DNA from: Octopus bimaculoides
Lineage: Eukaryota
Reading direction: 5' to 3'
DNA: 40,039 bases
Assembly (NCBI RefSeq): GCF_001194135.2
Contig: NC_068988.1
Coordinates: 81,972,800 to 82,012,838, forward strand
A program made the translations under genes and the position numbers. Under the pieces are notes generated by a model. It did not search any database, was not told where the DNA came from, and saw only the letters and a list, made by a program, of their open reading frames with translations. Below, piece by piece: positions 23,461 through 34,279 of the stretch (its first letter is position 1; each line of letters begins with the position of its first letter).

Positions 23461-23759
23461 ATTGGTTTATCTAGTGTGATGTTGCTACTCTTAACTAGTT
23501 TTCCTCTTTTCAGGGTTGCTTTGGCACATTTTTCTAATCCGAATTTCATATCTATTTACTTGGTAAATCCATGTACTGTCTGTAGTAGTGTTTCCAGCTC
23601 TTTATCATTTCTAGCGTATAATTTAAGGTCATCCATATATAAAAGGTAGCTGACTGTTTTGCCGTAACATTTGTATCCGCATCCAGTTCTATTTAGCAAT
23701 TCAGTTAAAGGTGTGAGTGCCAGGCAGAACAGGAGTGGAGAGAGCGTGTCTCCCTGGAA

Positions 23760-23760
<1 letters not shown>
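23461..23760 (-). mobile_element. R4/Dong subfamily A RT-core fragment
   Basis: IFQGDTLSPLLFCLALTPL..LYMDDLKLY..MKFGLEKCAKATLKRG; closely matches about 17920-18215. Confidence 0.9.

Positions 23761-23834
<74 letters not shown>
23761..23834. repeat. (ATT)n between R4/Dong copies
   Basis: Read directly from the sequence. Confidence 0.95.
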
Positions 23835-23994
23835 CATACTGTAGTCTTCTTTTTGTTACACTACCAAGCGCAGCTCTTTGTGCTTTGGGTATGTGCTGTG
23901 GTTTGTTTTGGTGCTGTTATTTTCATTATATTGAAAGTGCTTTACGTAGAATGTGTGCGGTGCCTAGTAGTGCTATTTTCTGGATGTTATATAT
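23835..23994 (-). mobile_element. R4/Dong subfamily A 3' fragment
   Basis: GTAGTCTT..GCAGCTC..GGTATGTGCTGTG..GTGTGCGGTGCCTAGTAGTGCTATTTTCT matches 6385-6550. Confidence 0.85.
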
Positions 23995-25299
23995 TATTTC
24001 ACTATTATTATTGAGTCTCGTACTGTGAATAGGTTATTTTGATTTTCCCTTCAAAATATGTTTTATTCAAGAATTACCAAATAAATTTATCTTTGTTTCG
24101 CTTTTAGAAAGAACAATAGTTGCCTAAAGAGAAGTTGTCCTCGATACCTGGGGGTGTCAACTAAAATAGAAAGTTTGTTTCACTAAATTTAATGTACACA
24201 TTATATTTCACATCCAAAATGGCTACTACGTATAATTATTCCACTCGACACAATGCTACAATGGCTAAATAAACAAAATATAATCAAAACGTATAATTAA
24301 ACGAGCAGAGGAAGAAACAAATGAAACAGTATAGTAAACAATTAATAAAAGAAAATATCCCAAATACTCAAATAAGTTGTTTGGAAGATAGCTATTACAA
24401 CTGCAGCAAAATTAACTGTAGTAACTCTTACATGGTTCCAAATATTGCCGTCCGTTCAGAAAACAGCAGCGTGAAAATCAACCTTCCTTTAATACGAAAT
24501 GAACAAATATAATTGTTGGTCCTATGATACTTAGAAGCAAAGTCTTAACAGCATTTCTTTGTCACAGGAAATAAACTAGGAGAAAGCGAAGAACAAAATG
24601 ATTATGAAAAGCTTAAGTGGATTAGATTTTCTCTCACTTCAAGTAAAACAATACGTCACTAAGACATATCAGGAGAAATGATCTCATTTGAGAAAGGCAA
24701 AAGCAATGGCACTATTTGCTGTACCTTTAAAACTAAAAACACAGTCAAAATACCGGTTGAAATTATCAGACATATTTCTGACTGTACATTTGTACCCCTG
24801 TGCATGGGTCAAATAAATACGAGAGTCACAATAAGGCACAATGGATACGATGCAGATCCATGGTTAGTAGTGACTTTTGTGTTGTAGTATATGAGAGTGA
24901 TGGAAGTAGGTTTAATGACAGGTGACCTGTGATCAGGGAGCGTCAAAATGGACTTTCAAGTCCTAATGACACACCAAAGGCCACAGAGTAGTTCTGGAAC
25001 TGTTCCCTGAAGACATGCATGAAAGCAAAGAGTATGTCATTGATGATACAGAGTAGAAAACTTGGTTGTTATATTTACTGAAAATACACATTAAAGAAGA
25101 ATACCATGAAGAACTGGGAAGATTAAGCAAAAAAAACTGCAAATGGGCGTGCGAGAGTAAAAGGGTAATTAACCTGGGCTTTGCTGAGGCCACGAGTGGG
25201 GAGGGGAATTCTCGTGTTCAATCAAAGGAAGAGTTAGAGACGGCCCTGCTAGATGCATTGAAATTTTTATCGAGAAAGAAAGATCGTATGGCGTTGTAT

Positions 25300-25760
25300 G
25301 TGTGCTATCTTTAAAGCAGAAGACGAAGTAAAGCACAAGCCCAAACTGTCTGAAATACATCTAACTATTCAATGGTGCATTCTCAGATTTATAGTGAGAT
25401 ACTTATTTCAAAACTCTCCCTTAGCATTATTACAAATTAGTGCCCGTCCAGTGTTTTTTGAAGCATTCTCAGACACTAAAGTCTGGCGACGGGCCTGAAT
25501 CTATCCATACACTAGTTCCACAATATTTGGGAACAAGCAGTTCAAAGGTCCTCATCAGAGACGTCAGTGACGTTGTCAACCTCTGGTTCCACGTGTTCCT
25601 TGTCACTTTTGTGGAACAATTTGTATAACAGATGGTCATTGCCGACATAACTTAAGGATATGGGGCAGGAGGTGATCATCATGGATATACAAGACTTCAT
25701 GGCCCCGCAAGACCATAAAAACAATATTAAATTTGTAAAGAAGTTGCTAAGAGAAAGACC
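25300..25760 (+). pseudogene. Possible second degenerate L1/Tx1-type ORF1 relic
   Basis: LVPQYLGTSSSKVLIRDV resembles the LLPAY..VARVRVGTV segment of the 3873-5202 element; no CCHC is retained. Confidence 0.3.
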
Positions 25761-26653
25761 TTAAAACTCAGAATCCGGCGCAGAAAAACAAGTTGCTACA
25801 CACGCAGCAATAAAATCCATTTGAAGGTTTCCTGTTCAGAAAACTTAAAAGAATGAAAACAACAAAAAGTATATATAATGGAGGTTGATGATTCAACGGT
25901 GGCACGGTGGCGGGGGCGCACAATTCAAGAGTCGCCACAAAATTGCCTCGTTTTCGTTGCCAGGAGTGAATTAAGTGAAAAAGAACTCTACTCCGAGTCA
26001 CAATCGGTGGAAAAAATGTGAATCATCCCATCCACACCAACAACAAAAACTAAACTTGAAAGCTCCCTCTTACAGCCAAGGCTGGCACTAGGGAATGCGG
26101 GACCCAATTAAAGAATTATCAGTGGGGCCCTCTACTCTATAAAAGCTGAAGATTGGTATTTTATTTTTCGTGTATACGCCAGTCCCAGCCAAAAAGCGTT
26201 GAGGGCTTGAGGGTCCACCATTAGCCACAATTATCTACTCAAAATTCATCATAGCGTCCTCCGCTTAAGCGTGTTCGCGGGGATCTCTCTTGGCATGGGA
26301 CCCAATTTGAGCAAATCTCTTCAATTGGCTCAAAACCGGTCTCCTCCATGAATAAAATTAAATTCACAGACCTTCGCAGGATTAGCAAAGACTTATTAAA
26401 CACATGAAACACACTAGTAATTCCCTGACAAAGTACGGATCGGGAATGAAATGGGACTTTAAAACTATTATAAAGGGGACGGGATATTGGTACAAACTCC
26501 CGACTGACATGACAAAGCATAATAAATAATTCAGAGGAGTGGACCCTCACCTATCCGCCGTAAACCATGAGTTTGGCACTCTCTGCGAGACACTCTTGAA
26601 CAACTGAGGAAGGAAGTTGAAAAAGGTGCTTAATCAGGAGTGTGAGTTTAAAT

Positions 26654-26706
26654 TGGTACTCCAGCATGGCCGAAGTCTAATGACTGAAACAAGTTAAAGA
26701 TTAAAG
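26654..26706 (+). mobile_element. 3' end fragment of an OK/OR-like SINE
   Basis: CCAGCATGGCCGAAGTCTAATGACTGAAACAAG. Confidence 0.75.
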
Positions 26707-26716
26707 CTATACGCTG

Positions 26717-27093
26717 TTTTTATCTTTTATTTGTTTCAGTCATTTGACTGCGGCCATACTGGGATACCGCCTTGCAGAATTTTAGTCCAGCAAATCTACC
26801 CCAGTATTTATTTTTTAAAGCTTGGTACTTATTTTATCGGTATCTTTTGCCGAACTGCAAGTAACATAGACATAAACACACCAGAACCAGTTGTCAAGAG
26901 GTGGTGGGAACAAACACACACACACACACACACACACACGACACGCTTCTTTCAGTCTACCAAATCCACTCACAAAGCTTTGAGAGGTCCGAAACTATAG
27001 CAGAAGACAATTATCCAAGGTGCCACGCAGTGGGTCTGAACCCAAAACCAAGTGGGTGGGAAGCAAACTTCGTACCACATAGCCAGGCTTGCG
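26717..27093 (-). mobile_element. Full-length OK/OR-like tRNA SINE with internal (CA)n
   Basis: Minus-strand head GCAAGCCTGGCTATGTGGTACGAAGTTTGCTT..GGGTTCAGACCC (B-box-like); tail matches 318-667. Confidence 0.85.
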
Positions 27094-27314
27094 TGGTCTA
27101 ATTATTCTATCTAATTACGCTTTTTAAATTTATTGTGTAATTAATTGTGTTTGTCAAATAAATTTTGAATTTGTTCAATAATACGTGTATAACATCTTTC
27201 ACCCCTTCCCTTGACTTAGTGCAACTTATCTGTCCCACACCACATGTCGTTGTAATACCCCTATTCAAAGTTTTTGTACTTTATTGTATCTCTTCGAGTA
27301 CTTTGACAGAATTG

Positions 27315-27500
27315 TTAGAACGCATCTCTTCGGGTTCCTTACGTTCTGAGTTCAAACGCTGCCGAGGTCAGCTCTGCCTTTTATCTTTACGAGGCTCGAT
27401 AAAATAAGCCCCAGATCAGCTGGCCCCTTCCCTCAAATTTGCTGGCCTTGTACCAAAAGCAGAAATGATTATTATCATTATTATTATTATTACCATTATT
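27315..27500 (+). mobile_element. Nin/Deu-like SINE, 5'-partial, (ATT)n tail
   Basis: TTACGTTCTGAGTTCAAAC..GAGGTC..GCTGGCCTTGTACC..ATTATT. Confidence 0.75.
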
Positions 27501-27509
27501 ACATGTTTT

Positions 27510-27733
27510 AAGGCGGCGAGCTGGTAGAATTGCTAGCACTCCGGACGAAATGCTTAACGGTATTTCGCCCGTCGCTACGTTCTGCGTTCTAATTCCGCCG
27601 AGGTCGACTTCACTTTTCATCCTTTTCGGGTCGATAAATTAAATACCAGTTGAGTACTGGGATCGATGTAATCGACTATCCCCCTCCTCCAAATTTCAGA
27701 CCATGTGCCTATAATAGAAAGGATTATTATAAT
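27510..27733 (+). mobile_element. Nin/Deu-like tRNA SINE, full length
   Basis: AAGGCGGCGAGCTGGTAGAAT..GTTCTAATTCC..GAGGTCGACTT..GGGTCGATAAATTAAATACCAG..GTGCCTATAATAGAAAGGATTATTAT. Confidence 0.9.
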
Positions 27734-27744
27734 ATGCTTGGCTT

Positions 27745-28052
27745 TTGCTTTGTATTTGTACGAGTTGACTCCAACTTTCACCCAGAGACCGCTAGAGACA
27801 AGTTGCTGTTATGATTAGGGTGCCATATATTTAGATTTTCACAAAGTATTGTTCTAGAGAATGTCTGTGAAAACATAAGAAAATTATGAGTTTGTTCTAA
27901 AAGTATAAGATGATAGTGTGATGTTAAGATGACAGTAAAAAGTGTTGGCTATTTTGTACATTTAAAAGTATTTTGATATTGTTTATAGATTAAACTGTTT
28001 GCGGGATTACGTAGACAATATTTTTTCTTAGAATATGAGCAGTTTCCATGAG
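27745..28052 (-). mobile_element. R4/Dong subfamily B 3' UTR fragment
   Basis: Aligns with 6681-7015 (AAGTATTGTTCTAGAGAATGTCTG; AAGATGATAGTGTGATGTTAAGATG; ATATGAGCAGTTTCCATGAG). Confidence 0.85.
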
Positions 28053-28123
28053 TATGATGATACATTTATACACACACGTATCATCATCAACATCATCATT
28101 ATTATTATTATTGATAGCGTTGT

Positions 28124-28350
28124 AAGGCGGCGAGCTGTTAAAATCGTTAGCACATCAGACAAAATGCTTAGCGCGGCATTTCTTCTGGTTCTTTACGTTC
28201 TGAGCTCAAATTCCAGGGAGGTCGACTTTGCCTTTCATCATTACGTGATCAATAAAATAAGTACCATTTGAGCTGTGGGGTCGATGTAATCGACTAACCC
28301 CCTTTCCCAAATTTTCAAGCCTTGTGCCTATAACAGAAAGATCATTATTT
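28124..28350 (+). mobile_element. Nin/Deu-like tRNA SINE, full length
   Basis: Same head, core and tail as 27510-27733. Confidence 0.85.
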
Positions 28351-28442
28351 GATGATTTCAGAAAGTATGTCACTGAGTTCCTTTTAGATTAATTAGTTCA
28401 CAAAACTGTGCAAGGTGGAACTTTTTCTCTCTTTCTAAAGTA

Positions 28443-28487
<45 letters not shown>

Positions 28488-28539
28488 CAGCAGCAGCAGC
28501 AGCAAGAAGAAGAAGAAGAAGAAGAGCAACAACAACAAC
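28443..28539. repeat. In-phase compound trinucleotide array (TAG)n(CAG)n(GAA)n(CAA)n
   Basis: Read directly from the sequence. Confidence 0.95.
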
Positions 28540-29043
28540 GAATTGCCAGAAGAGATAAGATAAGAAGTTTTCGTTATCGCTTTGTAGAAGATTATTAAAA
28601 GACCTTTCATTGCCCTTTTCTGTTTGTGGGAGAAGAGTGCAAATTGGTTTCTCTGTCTTTAGATGACTCACGGGTAAAGAAACATCTTCATAAGTTCTTT
28701 AGTATCTATGGCTTTTAACAGCAACAAAATTGTCTGGAACAAAAGAAAATTAGTGCAAAATAGAAATGCTTGCGGTGGTCATCTGTAATTAAATAGCAAC
28801 AATCTCACAAACACTAATAGCTGCAACAGAAGTAATAGCAACTACGAAAACATCAGCTGTAAGTGTAACAAGCGAACAATAATAATTTTCATAGCTGCTA
28901 CAAAAACGGCAGCAGTGGCAGCAGAAGTAAAATTAATAACAACGTTTACTGCTACAAATGTATGAGCAATAACTGTTATAATGATAGAAGCTCATTCACT
29001 CAAGCTTTACAAACGTGAACAACGACAGTTACGAAATCCATGT

Positions 29044-29260
29044 ATTAACTCTACCGCCATCTGGTTGACATTGATGTTGTGGAAACGAGGGTAAAAGGAT
29101 TATCTCTACTAACAGTTGGTTGAGGGACACGTGGAAACAGAGACTACAGGATTAATTCTACCAGCGTCTGGTTGGTAGATATGTTGTGGAAAGGAGCTTA
29201 AAGAGATTAATTCTGCTGACATATGGTTGGCACAGATATTGTAGAAAATTAGAGCTCAAA
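29044..29260. repeat. Degenerate tandem repeat, 4 units of 52-55 bp
   Basis: Units start at 29044, 29099, 29151 and 29206 and share ATTA..TCT..TGGTTG..GT(G/A)GAAA. Confidence 0.75.
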
Positions 29261-29668
29261 ACCACAACAGAAGGAAGGGGTATATACTGAAGCTGGGAAA
29301 GCAAGGTTCAATTTGATAAAGCGTACTCAGCAATTACAGTCTTGTATTCCATTAATAAGTGTGTAAGGAACGACCGTGCGAACTCATAAAAGGAGATATG
29401 GTGACGAATGGAAAAACAGAGGGCTCCTTTTATTTAAACGTGTCACACGGTCAAACACACAATTGTATATCAAATGATGATATACAAAATATGTTATGCG
29501 ACGATAACATAGATGACCAGTAATGAAAGACTACAACCGTATAAGATGAATAACAGAGATATTTATTGTAGCGTTAAAGATGTATGTCTGTGTGAGAGTG
29601 TGAAATGCGACATATAAGAACATAATCAAAGACAGACTGTCGTACAAAGAAAAGTGTGTATGTGAGTG

Positions 29669-29988
29669 ATACATGTATGTGTATGTGAAATATTACAGCA
29701 GATAGAAAGAGTCAATAACACGTGAGCAATTATACCAGTTCTTTAGTACACTATAGGAAAAGTTCTGTATGTGAAGTGAGTTGGCTGAGTGTGGCAGAGC
29801 TGATCACTAGTTGTGATGTCGTGGCATCGATGCCACGACATCACAACTAGTGATCAGCTCTGCCACACTCAGCCAACTCACTTCACATACAAAACTTTTC
29901 CTATAGTGTACTAAAGAACTGGTATAATTGCTCACGTGTTATTGACTCTTTCTATCTGCTGTAATATTTCACATACACATACATGTAT
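29669..29988. repeat. 320-bp spacerless palindrome ending at a contig edge (gap 29989-30348)
   Basis: 160-bp arms centred at 29828/29829; one mismatch (29765 C vs 29892 A). Confidence 0.95.
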
Positions 29989-30394
29989 NNNNNNNNNNNN
30001 NNNNNNNNNNNNNNNNNNNNNNNNNNNNNNNNNNNNNNNNNNNNNNNNNNNNNNNNNNNNNNNNNNNNNNNNNNNNNNNNNNNNNNNNNNNNNNNNNNNN
30101 NNNNNNNNNNNNNNNNNNNNNNNNNNNNNNNNNNNNNNNNNNNNNNNNNNNNNNNNNNNNNNNNNNNNNNNNNNNNNNNNNNNNNNNNNNNNNNNNNNNN
30201 NNNNNNNNNNNNNNNNNNNNNNNNNNNNNNNNNNNNNNNNNNNNNNNNNNNNNNNNNNNNNNNNNNNNNNNNNNNNNNNNNNNNNNNNNNNNNNNNNNNN
30301 NNNNNNNNNNNNNNNNNNNNNNNNNNNNNNNNNNNNNNNNNNNNNNNNAATTGTTGGGTATGAGTTGATCTATTTAAGGCGTTAAGGGGGGCTC

Positions 30395-30610
30395 CAAGAT
30401 GGGAGTAGAAAAACACTATCACGTGACCCTATTAAGGGCTGTGATTGGTCAGTTTGCGTTCTGGCAGGAACGGTTCGAAGAAGTTGCCGATTCGAATAAT
30501 AATCAGTCACGTGATGACAAGGAATGGGTTCTCTACTACGCTCGCATTTATTTATATTTAAATGAGAAGATTGTATGTAATGGCGATAGTAGTTTGTATC
30601 TAATGGCGGG
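30395..30610 (+). promoter_or_regulatory. Candidate Pol II promoter or enhancer motif cluster
   Basis: TCACGTGA at 30419-30426 and 30507-30514; ATTGG at 30444-30448; AATGGCG at 30579 and 30602; CAAGATGG at about 30395. Confidence 0.35.
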
Positions 30611-30762
30611 AGGTAGTTTCACTACAAGTGTATAAATTTTAATACCCATTTCAATTTTATACACACACACACACGCACACACATAAATGTGGAATTCCGG
30701 CATGATCTTTAATACGGTGGTTAAAATAATCTAGAAAATTAAAAATATATAAATAGATTTAG

Positions 30763-30920
30763 GTATGGCTGTGTGGTTAGGATGTTCACTTCGTAACTAC
30801 ACAGTTTCAGGAACATTATCCTTTGTGCATCACCTACAACAAATATCCTCTAACATATTCTTGTGTCGAACAAAACTTTCGGAGTAAAATTTGGTCGGCG
30901 AAAACTATGTGAAAAACAGC
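30763..30920 (+). mobile_element. Highly decayed OK/OR-like SINE head
   Basis: GGTATGGCTGTGTGGTTAGGA..GAGTAAAATTTGGTCGGCGAAAACT. Confidence 0.5.
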
Positions 30921-31261
30921 GGAGTACTTTATTTATTATTGGAAAGTAGACAAGCCATCGCCCAGTTTAATACCACCATCGAACCTGCTGGTGCCTTTAG
31001 AGAAGTTCACTATAATGTTGGCATATGGTCCAGGTCTCCGGTTTGAGGAGAATTTCTTTCTTTCAACCCTTTCAGTTATGGAGACCTTGAAAAGTCAGAA
31101 GAACTGTCTTTTCTTCTCTGAATCATTAAACGAAACAACTTTTTTCAAATTCTCGTTTAAAAAAATCACTTTTTCATTAAATCCTGAGTTGTGAAATATA
31201 CAGTCATGTAATGTAAATAAATGTTAAAATGTTGGATATGCTACAGAATAGTCTCTTACTC

Positions 31262-31465
31262 TCTAATTGAAACATAAGGCCAGCAATTTTTCAGGGAAGG
31301 GGGCTAGTTGACACCATCGGTCTCCAGTATTTAATTTGTATTTCACTTTACCGACCTCAGAGTGGTGGAAGGGAAAGTTGACTTCAGTGGGATTCGGACC
31401 CAAGAACTTAAAGAGCTGGGATGAATTCCGCAAAATATTTGTTCGAGAGTTCCAACGACTCTGCC
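31262..31465 (-). mobile_element. Decayed Nin/Deu-like SINE
   Basis: ATAAGGCCAGCAATTT..CCAGTATTTAA..GACCTCAGA..AAAGTTGACTTCAGTGGGATTCGGACCC. Confidence 0.6.
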
Positions 31466-32009
31466 ATCAGTCTCTCTCAGACTTCATAAACTAAAAAAAA
31501 AAAAATGAACAGTTTCAAATTAAATTTTTTTTAAATTAGTTACAAACATTTTGTTACATTAGAATATCAGAAAGAAGTTAGTTGCCATTTAACTGGAAAA
31601 GTAGATGCTGAAACAAAAATAAATGGGAATAGATGTAACCTCTCTACGACTCAAAAGAGCATCCTTCATGAAACCTTCGGGATTCCGATAAGTTCCTATA
31701 CACAAGGATGTAAAACGATGACACTTCGGTAAATGTTTATTAAAATACTGAAACTTGTTTTTTCACCAAACTAGACAACCCCGGCTTAATTTGACTGCCT
31801 GCACTCATTTATTTACGCGCAGAATACACACATACGAATTCAAGGATATAACTGTACATGTCCAAGTTTATGTAATTGATTATCAGACAATAATACATCC
31901 AGTAACTTTCTTGATTTCCTTTCTCCTGTTGTTTGTCTTGTTTCATCAAGTATTATTTATTTACTTTATTCAGGCCTTGTACCTAAGGTATGGTAAATAG
32001 GGGTGAAAA

Positions 32010-32328
32010 CTCCCTTTGATCATAAATGACCATGGAATTGCACCCAAAAAGTTACCCTCCAAGGCACAAGTCTGGTCAAAGCTGTTTGTGGGAGACCAGC
32101 AGTCACCCATGCATACCAATCTTCCCTCCCTGTGCCAACAATGACGGGAAAGGCAAAGGCCGATACAGCTTGACACTAGTGATGTCGCAATTCACTTCTA
32201 CAGCTAAGTGGACTGAAACAACGTGAAATAAAGTGTCTTGCTCAAAAACACAACACAGCCCAGTCCGGAAATCAAACTCGAAACTTGACGATTGTAAGCC
32301 CGATGCTCAAACCACTGAGTATCGATTT
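32010..32328 (-). mobile_element. tRNA-derived SINE of a third type (TTGAGCAAGACACTTT core)
   Basis: Minus-strand head CTCAGTGGTTTGAGCATCGGGC..TTCGAGTTTGATTTCC followed by TTGAGCAAGACACTTTATTTCACGTTG. Confidence 0.75.
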
Positions 32329-32486
32329 CTCTATTTTGATTTATTTTCTTAGTTTTAACTTTTTATTTGTTAGCTTCTAAATTTATCTAATTTAAATAAT
32401 TAATAGAGGGAAGTAATTTATCTGTTTCTGTTGAGTGAATATTTGCCTGTATATATGTAAACGAACATAAATATGTATGTATATAA

Positions 32487-32939
32487 AAATGATAGAGACG
32501 GAAAATGGAATATGCGACAAACTTTATTGCTCACAACGATCGATTCGACACATTCTGCATCGATCCCTAGCGGGTGCAATACTGTACTACTGATTGTGAT
32601 GCATCCCTCAGAGCAGAAGTGTCTCATCAGATGATGTTATAAGGGATATCTCGTTAAATAAGTCCGGTTTCGCCCGGTTTTAATATAGCTTGTTGTTAAT
32701 AACTCAACGGCTTAAACCTACTGTTACTAACAGCATGCTGTATTAAAACCGAGCGAAACAAGGTTTATTTAACGAGATACCACTTGTAACATCACCTGAC
32801 GAGACAGTTCTGCTCTGAGGGAAGCACCACAACCAGTTATACTGTACCCCAGCCGCGAGGGATCGATCCAGGATGGATCGAAACGATCGTTGTAAGCAAT
32901 AAATTTTCTCATATATTCCATTTTCCGTCTCTATCATTT
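32487..32939. mobile_element. Fold-back element, 217-bp imperfect arms, 19-nt loop
   Basis: 32487-32703 pairs with 32723-32939 with no net indel; roughly 80% identity by eye. Confidence 0.85.
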
Positions 32940-33631
32940 GTTATATATACTCAACGAACACTGAGGAATTCCTGATGTAGATCCAGTGACAATTGTGTAA
33001 AAATCGTGGATGACGTCAGGTAGTAATTGACAGTGAACGTGCTTCATCGGATAACTACTCGGAACATACCCAATACGTAAATAATTACTTATATATGCAT
33101 GTGTATATGTTCATATATGCGTATGTACGTGTGTGAATGTTGTCGGATATTTGTGCAAACCTTATGAATGAAAGTAGGTGGAGAGGACTGTAGGAAAACC
33201 TGGTCGAATGCATTGTAAGTTTAATTCAAATGGCCAAAACGGGTCAGTTACAGTAACACTGATTCTGTTTGAGTATTTCCTAAGTGTCTGCACAGTACTC
33301 ATCTAGGAATAAATAATGTGATCAATGTATCGCACTGTCTGTCAGTTTCAACTTGTGATTCCTCAGCCCATATATTTTAGGAGCATCTAACTATATTTGC
33401 GTAATCTTGAGTGAATACGGAGGGTGAGGAATGAAACAGATGTTAGTGATTGATTAGGGGCAACAGTTTTTAAGATTATTGCGGGTGAAGAATTGTTTGA
33501 TGTGAGGAGAAAGGTAGAGGTGTATGTTGTATATGTGGTTGCATAAACAGGTGATTGTCTAGGTTTTGAGACGAGAATCGCTGAGCCATGTGAAGCGCGG
33601 AGATATTATTGATGAGTGAATGCTTGGATAA

Positions 33632-33674
33632 CCAATAGAAGTACTCGAGTAAGGAGATCAAATGGCGGGTAATG
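33632..33674 (+). promoter_or_regulatory. CCAAT box, YY1-like AAATGGCGG and a possible donor site
   Basis: CCAAT 33632-33636; CAAATGGCGG 33659-33668; GTAATG 33669-33674. Confidence 0.25.
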
Positions 33675-34279
33675 AGCTTTTGATACATATTGGGTGGCGG
33701 TGGTGTGGATGAACGCCAAATTGTCAACTCTAATTAATTTAGAAGATGGTTAAATATGAATAGACATATGAATATATAAACAGACATGAATATATGAACA
33801 GACGGATAAATAAATATGACAAGATATATGAATATCTATAAAGACGAAAATATGGCTATTTGTAAATATGTAAATATAACTAGAAATAACTGTGGAAAGT
33901 GGTTCCGGCGGGATTAATTATTAATTGATTGAGGGTAGTAGTGCGAGGTTTTTGTGAGTGGGCATGTCGTTGGGGGTAGAGGTGTGTATTTGTTAAATTG
34001 GGGCGTGATGCGAAAGACAAAGCGTGATTGTAGATTGAGAATAACAAAACTGTAATGTGATAACTTGTATTTGAAATATACACATATACATATATGATCA
34101 TAATCACCAAAAGCATACACTCATATACAGTTTACAAATAAACATGCACGCACACACATGCACGCACGCACGCACACACACACACACATACAAAAATATA
34201 TCTCAGCCCCAAAAAAATCCAGTGAAATCCGTGAAGGTAGAGTCAGTAGATCCAGTGGTAATCCGGGTGGAGTGCTGGT

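Noticed and set aside
29044-29260. CRISPR-like array
   Set aside because: Eukaryotic context, contiguous diverged units, no unique spacers and no cas genes.
318-32328. tRNA genes at SINE heads
   Set aside because: A/B-box-like heads lack a cloverleaf and continue into SINE bodies.
32746-32810. Type II hammerhead (GAAA..ACAAG/CTTGT..CTGACGA)
   Set aside because: Stem III pairs 5 bp, but stems I and II cannot form and the left arm does not preserve the pairing.
33755-33870. Degenerate repeat of about 18-20 bp (ATATGAATATATAAACAGAC-like)
   Set aside because: Low-complexity AT-rich decay with no distinct unit.
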